From Carcharhinus amblyrhynchos (Eukaryota): DNA of 64,000 nt. Under the pieces are notes generated by a model. That model was given only the letters and a program-made list of their open reading frames with translations. It ran no database searches and was not told where the DNA came from. Below are positions 35,931 to 47,649 of this stretch, piece by piece; within the stretch, counting starts at the first letter, position 1, and each line of letters starts with the position of its first letter. The stretch lies in assembly GCA_965287045.1 (NCBI GenBank), contig OZ336871.1:36084001-36148000 (forward strand). The letters are read 5' to 3'. The position numbers and the translations under genes are program-made.

Positions 35931-36639
35931 AGGTGGTGGGAAGATACAGTGCAGATGAGTGGTGTGGCAGCTGAGTAGGATGGTAAGTGAGTCAAGTGGC
36001 AGGTAGTTGAGATGGGTAGGCGACTGAGGTGGGTAGGGTGGCAGGTGAGTAGTGTGATAGATAGGTTGGCAGATGGATGAGGTAAGTAGGGTAGTAGATT
36101 GGGTAGGGAGCCAGGTGGGTGAGATAGGGGGTGGGCAGCAGGTGCGTGGGTTACAGGGGTCTTGGGTTAGGTCAGGAGGAGTTGTCAGGTTGAGGGCTAG
36201 CCAGGTTGGGTCGGGTTGGCTCAGGGAGTAGCCGGGAGGTAGGGAGGTAGTCTGGGGGTCAAGGAGCATTTGGGGGGGGGGAGGGTGCGAGGGGCGGGTG
36301 CGGGGTGGAGGATCAGTTTCATAGTACCCAGGAGTTAAACTAGAAGCTTTCTACCTGACATTTCCTAGGCAAGTATGCACGCAAGTAAATTGGAACTGTC
36401 CAAAGTTTCTAACTCCAACCCAGAGTTGGAGACCTCTTCAGAGAGTTGCAGGGAGTAGGGGAATTGCTCATTGGAGTTCAAACTTCCCACCAGTGTGTTG
36501 GGGTTTCTGAGAGGCCCCATCACACATTGTCTTTGACCATCCAGTCTCTGACTATTATTATACCATTGTGTTAGTAAAGATCAGATTGCACACATACAGA
36601 GGTGGATATAGTGCCCACATCATTCAGTTAAAACATTTG

Positions 36640-37760
36640 GGGGGGGGGGGGGCACCAAGAAGAACAGTTGCCCCACTGTAATTTTAATAGTCAATTGGCC
36701 TTTAATAGGCTGAATACAGAATTTCTGCCCTTCAGGACATCCCGCCTCCTCAGAGAGCTGCCAGCAAATCAGATGGCTAGCAGCTCTGTAGTACCAGCTG
36801 CACCAGGTGGAAGTGGTGGCCATGGCTGGGACTACAGGCAGTCAGCAATGGAGATCATCACTGAAGCTGGGCATCAAGATAAGTGAGGGGAGATTTCACT
36901 GGGATCAGGGTGTCAAACCCTGGTGAGGCGTGGTGTTTGAGTTGGAGGGAGGGTATCAGGGCCAATTCTGAAAGCTCAGGTGGGAAAAGTGAAAGGGGAA
37001 ATGTGATCTTGGAGTGGGGTACCTTTGATGGGCCCAGAACACCCCCAAAGGAAGCTGTCCCTTTGTTACAGCTGCAAGGCTTCTCATATAGTGTGGGCCT
37101 CCCCCTTCCCTTGGTAAAATAGCCAAATCATGGGGCTGGAATTATCCACCAATAGGTTCGAAGACACATCATTAAATCCAGCAGGCGGTCTGCATGCCAC
37201 TTACCCCCACTTCCGCTGCCCCCACCACAATTATACGAGAGGTCGGAAGGGCATTAGGCAGTCTGCATATCAGTGGATCAATTGAGGCCTTTAATTGGGT
37301 AATAACATCCCCCTTAAGGGCCTTATTTTGACCCAACAGGAACTTAAGTACCAGCATGGGAGGCCCACACCAAACAACAGGCCTGGCTGGTTTCTCTGCA
37401 TGGGCAAGGCAGGGGGTCAACTTCCTTAATGAGCCTCCAGCCCCATCGGAGAGCCTCCAAGGTCTAACTTCCCCCCTCTTCCCCACCATTTGGCCTCTCA
37501 AATTTTACAATCTTTGCCCCCTTTGCCAGGCCCTGTAAGTTGGGTACTCGCTATAACTCCTATATTCCTATCTAAATCATGATCCAATGCCACATGCCTC
37601 TGTCCCAAAGGGCAGAGGAGCTGCCAGCCTCTGATTGGCCAGATCTCTCTGAAGCAGGACTATTAATGGTCAATTGGCCATTAAATGGCTGCAAGAAGGC
37701 CAGTGTTCCCCTCAGTCAACTCCCCAACCCCTGCCCAGTTTTTAACCAGGATAAGTGGAG
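36640..37760. mobile_element. Two inverted copies of a MITE-like repeat with an internal palindrome
   Basis: 36690-36790 (gtcaattggcctttaatag...agagctgccagcaaatcagatggctagcagctct) is reverse-complementary to 37612-37680. Confidence 0.5.
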
Positions 37761-37781
37761 AATCCATTGCCTCATAAAATT

Positions 37782-38140
37782 CATGGAATCATAGAATCAG
37801 GAGGCCATTCAGCCCATTGTGTCCATGTAAGCTCTCTGTGAGAGCAACTCCATTCATCCCATTCTGCCACCCTTTCTCTGTATCTCTGTAAATATTTTCT
37901 ATTCAAGTACTTACCCAATTCCTTTTTGTAAGCTACACTTGAATAAACCTCCACCATGCTCTCAGGCAATGCATTGTAGACCCTAAAATAATAGCAAAAT
38001 ACTTCAGCTATTGGAAATCCAAAATAAAAGTGCTGGAAATACTCAACAAATCTGGGAGCATCTGTGGAGAGAGAAACAGAATTAAAATTGCAAGTTGAAT
38101 ACGCCTCTTCTCCAAAAGTTCGTTCTGTTTTTCTCTCTTC
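37782..38140. mobile_element. CR1 3' tail (-) followed by a Penelope-like terminal fragment
   Basis: tcatggaatcatagaatc tail; aaagtgctggaaatactcaacaaatctgggagcatctgtggagagagaaacaga. Confidence 0.65.
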
Positions 38141-38785
38141 AATAGAAGAGAAATTTGAGACCTGACCTATGATTAGTGTAATATGCTTGGGAAGACTTTG
38201 AACCTATGGATCCCAGAGATTTTCACCACTGGGTTTCTCCTCAGGATATTTCTGTAGTAAACAAACTGATTGCGATTGATTGCTATAATTGGCCTACAGT
38301 TCCATTATCATTATATCATCAACTAATTGGTTGGTAGACAGCAAATCAGATGGTCATAGATCTTTCTTCATCTAGCCAGGATAGGAAGGCTCCTCACCAT
38401 GGCAAAGTAGCGGAAATAGCCACAAATAATAAGAAACACCCCTGTGTTCCGCAATCCCTATTTTTGAGAGTGTGAGATTGAGAGTGAGGTGCATTTTGCA
38501 CTTATGCAATTTACAGAAGCAGCTGTGCACTTAGGCCATCAGCTGCCTCCCCGAAGTGGGATTTTGGTAGCCCAGGAATGCCCAAACTTGAGGGTGCAGA
38601 ATAGACTTGATAAGAGCAGGCCTGAATAATGTCAATTTACTAGGATAGCCAAGGTACCCCTTTGGATCTGTAGTCAGGTAATCTTTGGTGGAAGTCAGGT
38701 GCCCCTTGATAAAAGTAGCCATAAAAGTGCATATAAGTGCATGAGGTCATTACTGTCAAGTTCACTGGAACTGTTAACTGTCAAC

Positions 38786-40600
38786 TGAACGTTGGACCCT
38801 TAGAGGATGAGAAGGGGGACTTAGTGGTAGGGGATGGGGAAATGGCTGAGGTCTTGAATAACTTTTTTGTTTCGGTCTTCACGGAGGAGGACGTGAATAA
38901 TTTGCCGGGTGTTAGCGATGGAAAGGTGGTAGGACTGGAGGGTCTCGATGACATTACTGTTACTAGTGAGGCGGTGCTCGACAGACTGGAGGGGCTGATT
39001 GTGGACAAGTCCCCAGGACTGGATGGAATGCATCCGAGGGTTCTGAAAGAAATGGCGGAGGTGATAGTGGATGCCTTGGTGGTTATTTTCCAGAAGTCGC
39101 TGGATTCCGGGGAAGTGCTGGAAGATTGGAAAGCGGCTAATGTTACGCCATTGTTTAAGAAGGGTGCCAGGCAAAAGGCGGGGAATTATAGGCCGGTTAG
39201 TTTAACGTCTGTTGTAGGTAAAATGTTAGAATCCGTCATCAAGGAGGAAATAGCGAGGCATCTTGAGGGGAATTGCTTGATAGAGCAGACGCAGCACGGT
39301 TTCATTAAGGGGAAGTCATGTCTGACAAATTTACTGGAGTTCTATGAGGATGTGTCTAGGGCGGTGGATAGAGGAGAGCCGGTGGATGTGGTCTTTCTTG
39401 ATTTTCAGAAGGTGTTTGACAAGGTACCTCACAAGAGGCTATTGGAGAAGATAAGGGGGCATGGAGTTGGGGGTAGGGTGTTAGCGTGGATAGAGGATTG
39501 GTTGTCAAATAGGAGTCAGAGAGTGGGGGTCAATGGGTGCTATTCGGATTGGCGGTTGGTGACTAGTGGGGTGCCCCAGGGGTCGGTGCTGGGGCCTCAG
39601 CTATTCACCATTTATATAGATGATCTGGAGGAGGGAACCGAGTGTATGGTGTCGAAATTTGCTGATGACACCAAGATTGGAGGAACGGCAAATTGTGCGG
39701 AGGGTGTGGAGAGTCTGCAGAAAGATCTAGATAGGCTGGGCGAATGGGCCAGGAACTGGCAAATGGAATTTAATGTTGGCAAGTGCGAGGTGGTCCACTT
39801 TGGTAGGGATAATGGTAGGAAGGATTATTACTTATGTGGAGAAAAACTGCAGCAGGCGACGGTGCAGAGGGACCTCGGGATCCTTGTGCATGAGTCGCAA
39901 AAACCCAGCTTGCAGGTGCAGCAGGTGGTCAGGAAGGCAAATGGGATGCTGGCCTTCATAGCGAGGGGGATTGAATATAAAAGTAGGGAGGTCTTGCTGC
40001 AGCTGTATAGGGCATTGGTGAGGCCGCAGCTGGAGTACTGTGTGCAGTTTTGGGCGCCGTACTTACGCAAGGATATTTTGGCCTTGGAGGGAGTGCAGAA
40101 GAGGTTTACTAGGCTGATGCCGGAGTTGAGGGGGTTGAGCTATGAGGAGAGGCTGAATAAACTAGGCCTGTACTCGTTAGAGTTTAGAAGAATGAGGGGA
40201 GATCTCATTGAGACGTATAAGATGATGAATGGGATGGATAGGATAGAGTTGGAAAGACTCTTCCCGCTCAGAAAGGACAGTAGGACTAGGGGGCACAGCC
40301 TCAAGATAAAGGGGGGGCGGTTTAGAACGGAGTTGAGGAAGAACTTCTTCACTCAAAGGGTGGTGAATCTCTGGAATTCTCTGCCCGTTGAAGTGGTGGA
40401 GGCTGCCTCGCTAAATATTTTTAAGACGCGGGTTGATGGGTTTCTGATAAAAGAGGGGATTAAGGGTTATGGGGAGAGGGCGGGAATGTGGAACTGAGCC
40501 ACGACAGATCAGCCATGATCTTATTGAATGGCGGGGTAGGCTCGAAGGGCCAGATGGCCTACTCCTGCTCCTATTTCTTATGTTTTTATGTTCTTATGTC
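38786..40600 (+). mobile_element. Young 5'-truncated CR1 LINE with an uninterrupted RT reading frame (ORF 38737-40497)
   Basis: KSPGLDGMHPRVLKE, NYRPVSLTS, QHGF, VFLDFQKVFDKV, GVPQGSVLGP, KFADDTK and LEYCVQFWAP; ttcttatg-type tail; possible TSD tgtcaac (38779-38785 and 40597-40603). Confidence 0.97.
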
Positions 40601-40929
40601 AACAGACCTGTCAAAATTAACTATCAAAACCGTCAGAAGCACCTGGCAAAGGGACCTGTCAAGCCAAGGCATTTAAAAGCCCTGTCCTCTATATATATGA
40701 AAAATGTCTACGCATTTAAAAATTGATTGCTATTTCACATAAACATAACAGTTTCTGGATTGTTGCTGCATGAATTATTTCATGACCATCAATTATTATT
40801 GCACGTCATTTTGCCTCTGATTTCACAGTTTGATTGATAGTACAAGTAGTTATAGACCCTTTGGTGTGAGACAATGACCGAAAGCAGATATAGAACACAT
40901 TCTCTACACAGCGTCACACTGGATAGCTA

Positions 40930-41210
40930 ATTAAGGCCCTGCCAGCATGAAACAGGTCTCCCGGCTGGACTGACAGTACAGGCGGAGAGAACGCATCTGC
41001 CTCCCTTTTTCTTGGATGAGTGCTAAGGAATTCTGGTGGAGCAGGTTAGTGCAAGGTAGGACATGCTGATGCCCAGGGATGGCAAGAGGAGGCCATCCCA
41101 TATAACCAAGAAGGCTTGAGAAGAGGTTGCTGCCCAGGTGAATGGACATGACATGGTGCACTGCATGTGCTACGAATGGTCAATGATCTTCTGTGGTTGG
41201 CAAATCTGGG
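40930..41210 (+). pseudogene. Harbinger-type Myb/SANT (trihelix) domain remnant
   Basis: A plus frame reads FLDEC*GILVEQVSAR*DML...RRPSHITKKA*EEVAAQVN, matching the F-x-LEILV-EV...AWEEIA-VN pattern. Confidence 0.6.
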
Positions 41211-42214
41211 CCCTCACCTTTAAACAGGCTAGGACATTTCAATTATTAAATTATTCAACTGTAACCACCTCTGTTTTATAGGTAAACACAGCAAACAATT
41301 TGCACACAGCAAGCAAATAAAATGAATGCATGTTTCAGCTAATGCTAGCAGAGGGAAGAATATTGGCCTTGCAAATCTGCAAACTTTGTCCAGAGAATTT
41401 CCTTTAATTTAGTGAAATATCTCAAGATTCTTCACAGGATCGGCATCAAAGCAAACTGGACAACAAGCTTTTCTAAACAATTTGCAGAAAGCTGGGATAA
41501 ACCTATCTTCCTGTTTAATGTTAACCCAGAATGTTACCCTAAATTAAGTTGAACACAGTTCAGACTTATAAAGGTCATTTTAGGACCAATATCAGGAAAT
41601 TGTTCTTAATGCATTAGAGAAATTAGTTTGTAGGAAAATCTTTCAATTGGAGCAGTGAATGGCCCTTTTCAACCATTATTTAGATGAATCAAATGGCCCT
41701 CAATCATAATCAGTTCATAGTGTGAGATCTGAAATAGAGTCGGAATTAAATTTTATAACTCAGGTGAAGACACTTTGTGATCCCATTGAGAAGAGGGTTT
41801 TTTTAATTTGTGTTGGTATTTTTCAGGAGTGCTACCATCATTTTCTTTTTGCCTATGTCTAAACCAACAACACAAACAATTTGGGAATAATGTGTACAGG
41901 TACAATTTTCATATTTGTCTTCACTTTGTCGTCATCACAAACTTGTATATTGTTGGAGCAGCAATTCACACCTTGACCAATAGGTGTCACCCTACCTCAT
42001 TGGTTGCTAGGTAGATGCTGAATAAAATTGTAATTCAGATCAAGTGTAAAGCTTGTGGAGGATTCTAGCAAGGAAATTGCAAGAGATTACTGGAGAAATC
42101 AATCAGCAGATAGATTTACTTAAGAAACATCCATAACATTTCTTGTTCTGGAAGCACCCTGCAACAATGGGTAAGTTACTGTAAATATGAGATTCTATAA
42201 GCTTATTTTTATAG

Positions 42215-42520
42215 TGGCATGGTAGCACAGTGGTTAGCACTGCTGCTTCACAGCTCTAGGGTCCTCAGTTCGATTCCTGGCTTATGTCATTGTCTGTGTG
42301 GTATTTGCATGTTCTCCTTTGCCTGCTTGGGTGTTCTCTGGTTTCCTCCCACAGTCCAAAGATGTGTGGATTAAGTTGATTGGCCATGCTAAGAAATTGC
42401 CCCTTAGTATCCAGGGATGTGTGGGTTAGTGGGTATAATATATGGGGGTAGATCCTGGGTGGGATTGTGATTGGTGCAGACTCAAAGGGCCTCTTTCTGC
42501 ATTGTAGGATTCTATGATCT
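42215..42520 (+). mobile_element. HE1-like V-SINE
   Basis: ggcatggtagcacagtggttagc A box, gttcgattcc B box, V-domain and gattctatgat tail. Confidence 0.9.
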
Positions 42521-42749
42521 GCAAAATCAGTTCCAATGTGCACCTGTAACATAGTTTTTACAAAAAATTACTTTCATAAACATGTGTAAGCTAATATTTT
42601 ATAAATACCTGTATAATGGGCCTCTATATGCATCAGCAGAATTCAGTTTATATATACAATATACACTATACTTGTCAGTGAGTGCTATAATATTGTAAAA
42701 CTGGAAATCAATAAACATCTAAAAAAATTGTGTCTATAACAGATGTTTA

Positions 42750-43320
42750 AACAAGATTCAATGAAGATTTGAAAATGGGTGTGGTGGTCGTGGTGAGTGT
42801 CCTTTAAGTACAGCACAGCAGAAGAGGGTCACCTGAGTTGGGGGACAATTTGGATGAGAGTGGATGGTAATCCCCCTAGGGGTTGATTAGGCAGAAGGCA
42901 TCGAGAAGACATGTAGTAGACATTTGGGACTGGGTCAATTGGTGGGCAGTTCTGGGGCAGCCAGAAGGGCTGCTGGCCTCGATATAGATTTCCCTTATGA
43001 GTAAATACCCTTTGTGTTCCTGGGAACACAAGCAGAGACTCTGTCTGTGAACATGCATCATTACATTGGCAACAAGGATGGGATGGATTATTGATGACAC
43101 TACCTGAGGCCGAATAGCAGGGGTATCCTGTTTTAATCAAAGTCTGAAGAAAAGAAATACTCTCCTGAATGCCTGTCCTTGGACAGATAGACACATTTGA
43201 GATGTTGCCAGATGCTGAGGGATGGATGCGGAGCGGACCTGAATTGGTTGGTACAGTCAGAGGATTAGAAATATGCAGAGAAGAGGCAATGTAAGACCTC
43301 AGAGCAGATAACAGAAGACC
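42750..43320 (+). mobile_element. Decayed CR1 ORF1 region
   Basis: Degenerate similarity to CR1 ORF1 esterase-flanking sequence; no intact frame. Confidence 0.35.
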
Positions 43321-43610
43321 TCGGGAGAGGGAGGGGGAGGGCAATGAAAGATCCTGGAACGAGGACACTGAAAGACTCCAGAAGGTGGGCAATGAAAGAC
43401 CTAAGAGAGGCACTGAACAATCCCAAAAGGAGGGATAGAAAGACCCCAGAAGGAGAGTACTGAAAGATCCCAGCAGGAAGACACTGAAAGACCCAGACAG
43501 CAATGAAAGACCCCAGGAGGAGGGTACTAAAAGACTCCAGAAGGAGGGCATTGAAAGACCGCAGAAGCAGGGCACAGAAAGATCCCAGAGGAAGGCACTG
43601 AAAGTCTAAC
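43320..43610 (+). repeat. Minisatellite with ~25-bp unit (gaggagggcactgaaagaccccag-like), roughly 11 diverged copies
   Basis: Recurring tgaaagac/tgaaagat core about every 25 nt. Confidence 0.85.
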
Positions 43611-44241
43611 TGTGCAAATTAAAGACAACGAAAGAATTGCAGAATGGAAATAAGTCAATGGCTATGATTTTCCAGCTGTATTGTCCCTTGCAAATTGCAT
43701 TATTTTTGAAAAATTGTATGCAGGCCCAAAACCAGGGTATGTGCTGAGTGCCAAACAGTTTGCAATCTTCCCGATCCCTTTCTGTTTGAGCAGATTGGAT
43801 CTTGTCGAGAAAGTCTGCAGGCTAAGGAGCATGAGATTGACTTGTTTTCAATCTCATTAACGAGTTTGGCATGCGATCATCCTCCTTCCTGGAATGTTCC
43901 CACCCCTCCCCTGACACACAGCTGGAGGGCACAAATCTGTCTGGGTCTCTTAAAGTGAGGACCAGGCACCATGGATTGTGAGGGCGAGTGAGGAGCTGAG
44001 TACTACTTAGCACACACCTGAAGGGTGCAAAAGGGCAAGTCAGCCATTGCCGTGGTGTGGGGTGAGAGCCTTCAGGGGTGCAGGGACTTGGGAGGGGGGT
44101 GGTGGCTTGGGCTAGGCTGGAGGTCCTCAAGTCGTGGGCAAGTATTTACTCTGCGCAGTGAAAGGCCTTTGAAGGATTTCATACGATGTCAAGTTCAAAT
44201 CACACTAATGCTGCACTGGTTACTCTGCTCTCTGTCTGCCG

Positions 44242-44317
44242 TAAGAAGTCTGACAACACCAGGTTTAAGTCCAACCGATTTATTTGATAGTAAGCTCACA
44301 AGCTTTCCACATCATGA
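44242..44317. mobile_element. 76-bp Penelope-derived mini-insert with 12-bp flanking direct repeat
   Basis: taagaagtctgacaacaccaggtttaagtccaac...agctttc|cacatcatga flanked by ctctgtctgccg (44230-44241 and 44318-44329). Confidence 0.75.
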
Positions 44318-44369
44318 CTCTGTCTGCCGGGCAGGCTCTGAGGTTTATAGCTGACAATTACAAGCACGA

Positions 44370-44780
44370 GATTTGGCAGCTGTTGCTTCAATCAAAGGAG
44401 CTTGTCAGATATTAACACTGTTCTTCACACTGCATGAACTTTGCAGTACTCCCTACAGTGAGCACTGTAATGTCTACATGCAGGAAAGTTAAAAGGAATT
44501 TATTTCCTATCCTTTGTATGAGCTACATGCCATTTCTGGAAGTTAGTTTCCACCTTACTACGAGGTGGATGGGTTCCTCAATCAGGACCTTCTCACTGCC
44601 ACTCTTACTGTCTACAGGAGTGCCTCACAGGAATCCAGTGCTGTTACCGATGGTCAGGGGTATCCGGGGTTCCATATCTGGGCAGAAGGGATTCCCAGCA
44701 GTGTATATCACTGAGAGAGAGACAGACATCCTGAGGGTGGGGAAGGGACTCCCCACTGAACCATAAATCACAGTTCTTGC
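44370..44780 (-). mobile_element. CR1 ORF1 remnant (zinc-finger/leucine-zipper region)
   Basis: Degenerate CR1 ORF1-type words on the minus strand (gagctacatgcc, tgcaggaaag, ggggaagggactccc). Confidence 0.4.
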
Positions 44781-45239
44781 GCATTGATTATGACAGCAGT
44801 AAGATCATGAGATGCGCAATCCTGACTGCCCACGGTACATGCTGGTGCATGCATCTTGAACATATTGATACCATCTCACTATGCAGCAAGTTACACCCAT
44901 CCAAACAATTGGCCATCCTTATCTAACCTTCAACACTCTCAGCTGCCTCAGTTTCCAAGTTGAGTGAGTGTCGGAATCCTTCACTCTTAGGTATTTCAAG
45001 TTGGGGGCTGGCTCTCCGGAGGGGCATCTTTGCACCTCACACCAGCAACCACTCAACTACACTGCTTCATCATGTGAAGGCAGGCTGTTGGCAACCATGA
45101 GGGGATGTGGGCAGTGCCCATAGCTGCTGACTTGATGATGTGCGAATGGTCAGCAGCCCATTGAGGTAGTGCATGGCACCAGGGGTGGTGTAGGACGGTC
45201 TGTTTCCAGAAACATAAGGATAAGGGGTGATGGGAAGGA

Positions 45240-46930
45240 TTGAGAGGCCTGGGATGGATAATCTTACTGACCATCTCTGTCTCCTTTTCCCATCCCCCCA
45301 GTGAATGTAGGATTGAGCCAGTAGAGCTGGCAGTAATCTTCATTACTGCCATGGCGGCTGACAGACATCACCAAATGAGGCAAGGCCAACGCAGGCTGGA
45401 GGCCACATCAGAACAGGGGGCCATTGGTCAGGAGCAGGATCTGGCTGCCCAGTGGCTTGTGGAGGAGGCCAGAAGACAGCGGAGAAGGAGACCGCGGCTG
45501 TCCAGAACTCCCACGCCCTATAATGAGCTGTCAGTCATCTTTCACCGCCAGAGCCTCCAGCCGAGCAAGGGGACAGTGCAGCAAGTGTGCTAAGCCCTCG
45601 TGGATCTGGCACCTTGTGGGGTAGGCAGTTACCCTCTCCCAATGGCCATGAATGTCATGGCAGCCCTGAACCTTTTCACCACTGGATCATTTCAGGGCTC
45701 GAGCGGGGACTTGTGTGACATCTGTCGGGCATCAGCCCACAGGAGCATCTTGGCGGGGTGGTCAGGGACTCTCTGTGTGCTCAGGTAAACCACTACATAT
45801 AAGAATATGAAGATATTAGATAAGATAGAAGCAGGGAAGTTGTTTCCACTGGCGGGTGAAACTAGAGCTAGAGGGCATGGCCTCAAAATAAGGGGAAGCA
45901 GATTTAGGACTGAGTTGAGGAGGAACTTCTTCACACAAAGGGTTGTGAATCTGTGGAATTCCCTGCCCAGTGAAGCAGTTGAGGCTACCTCATTGAATGT
46001 TTTTAAGGAAAAGATAGATACATTTTTAACAGTAAAGGAATTAAGGATTATGGGTGAGCAGGCGGGTAAGTGGAGCTGAGTGCAAGCAAAGATCAGCCAC
46101 AATCTTATTGAATGGTGGAGCAGGTTCGAGGGGCCACATGGCCTACTCCTGCTCTTAATTTTTATGTTCTTATGTACATTCACTTTGAGCTGGGCCAGAC
46201 CAACAAGATGCTCGGGCTACAGGTTGTACCATTATCACCATCAGGTATGCATGAGGTGCAGAGGGGTATAAACAGCACACATGCCACTTTGCAAACCCTG
46301 TGGCATCAAGAAGTGTCCTTCATCAATCGTAAGGTGTTCCACTCCCGAATATGCATATCGTATGTGACCACCCACTGAGAATTATGTACACGTGTGCACA
46401 CTATCTAGGGAGCATGCATGACAGCTTTATACTGAGGCATTTGGGTATCCCTGGGGTCTCCAAAGACCACCCCAGGCTGCCAGATGGCTCATGGGGGACA
46501 AGGGCTACCTGTTGAGGTCTTGGCTGGTGATGCCAGTGTGGAGGCCTGACACCAAGGCGGACATCCACTATGATGAAGCCCAGGCTGCCAACCGATCTGT
46601 CATCGAGTGTTGCTGAAGATAGAGTTCTGCTACCTGGACCGCGATGGCAGTGCTCTTCAATACAGCTCCCAGAGGGGTCTCCTGCATCATGATGGTCTGC
46701 TGTGCTCTCTAGAACATGATCAGCAGAGGGGCAACGTTCTGGAGGAGGAGGACCATGCGCTTCCTCTGAGGAGGAGGTGGACTAGGAGGGAGTGGAAGTT
46801 GAGGCCAAAGTGGACCCAGTAGATGGAGGACAGATAACAGCAAGGGCCCAACATACCAGAAGGACCAGGGTGGTATGTTGGGCCCTGTCTGTCATCTGCT
46901 GCAAGATTTTCCAACTAAGGGGTTTGATGT
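45240..46930 (+). pseudogene. Decayed PIF/Harbinger DDE transposase, split by a CR1 insertion
   Basis: AALNLFTTGSFQGSSGDLCDI, VQRGINSTH (first catalytic D changed to N), FINRKVFHS, GSMHDSFIL, WLMGDKGY and RSVIE; frameshifts and stops. Confidence 0.88.
45799..46174 (+). mobile_element. CR1 3' fragment inserted in the transposase
   Basis: ORF 45807-46079 RNFFTQRVVNLWNSLP; flanking 5-bp duplication tacat (45794-45798 and 46175-46179). Confidence 0.92.
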
Positions 46931-47011
46931 CCAGCAGCTCCAACCCCAATCACACCCCTCAACAAAAACCTTCAATTCCCATTCTAAGACCCTGGTCCAC
47001 CCTTCTAGGAC

Positions 47012-47622
47012 ACATAGAACCATAGAAAATTACAGCTCAGAAACAGGCCTTTTGGCCCTTCTTGTCTGTGCTGAACCATTTTTTGCCTAGCCCCACTGAC
47101 CTGCACTTGGACCGTATCTCTCCACACCCCTCTCATCCATGAACCTGTCCAAGTTTTTCTTAAATGTTAAAAGTGACCCCACATTTACCACTTTATCCGA
47201 CAGCTCATTCCACACTCCCACCACTCTCTGTATGAAGAAGCCCCCCCACTAATATTCCCTTTAAACTTTTCCCCTTTCACCCTTAACCCATGCCCTCTGG
47301 TTTTTTTCTCCCCTAGCCTCAGTGGAAAAAGCCTGCTTGCATTCACTCTCTCTATACCCATCCAAATCTTATACACCTCTGTCAAATCTCCCCTCATTCT
47401 TCTACGCTCCAGGGAATAAAGTCCCAACCTATTCAATCTCTCTCTGTAACTCAGCTTCTCAAGTCCTGGCAACACCCTCGTGAACTTTCTCTGTACTCTT
47501 TCAACCTTATTTACATCCTTCCTGTAACTAGGTGACCAAAACTGTACACAATACTCTAAATTCGACCTCACCAATGTCTTATATAACCTTACTATAATAC
47601 TCCAACTTTTATACTCGATACT
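47012..47622 (-). mobile_element. CR1 3' part
   Basis: ORF 47185-47739 LYKTLVRSNLEYCVQFWSP...LERRRMRGDL; catagaaccatagaa tail. Confidence 0.92.
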
Positions 47623-47649
47623 CCAACCCTTGCCACTCTCCCCAGAATA

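Noticed and set aside
38737-40497. 586-aa ORF as a host gene
   Set aside because: It is CR1 ORF2 RT with a LINE 3'UTR and tail; the first ~16 codons come from flanking DNA.
41827-41900. Plus-strand exon candidate
   Set aside because: Good acceptor but weak donor (gtacaa), and the only open frame is not protein-like.
42829-43575. 248-aa minus-strand ORF
   Set aside because: It is the antisense reading of a minisatellite plus decayed repeat; low complexity with no domain.
43320-43610. CRISPR-like array
   Set aside because: Units are contiguous diverged tandem copies with no unique spacers, in a vertebrate context with no cas genes.
45240-46930. Domesticated HARBI1 or NAIF1/MSANTD host genes
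   Set aside because: Frameshifts, stops, a catalytic D-to-N change and a CR1 insertion mark it as a dead transposon.
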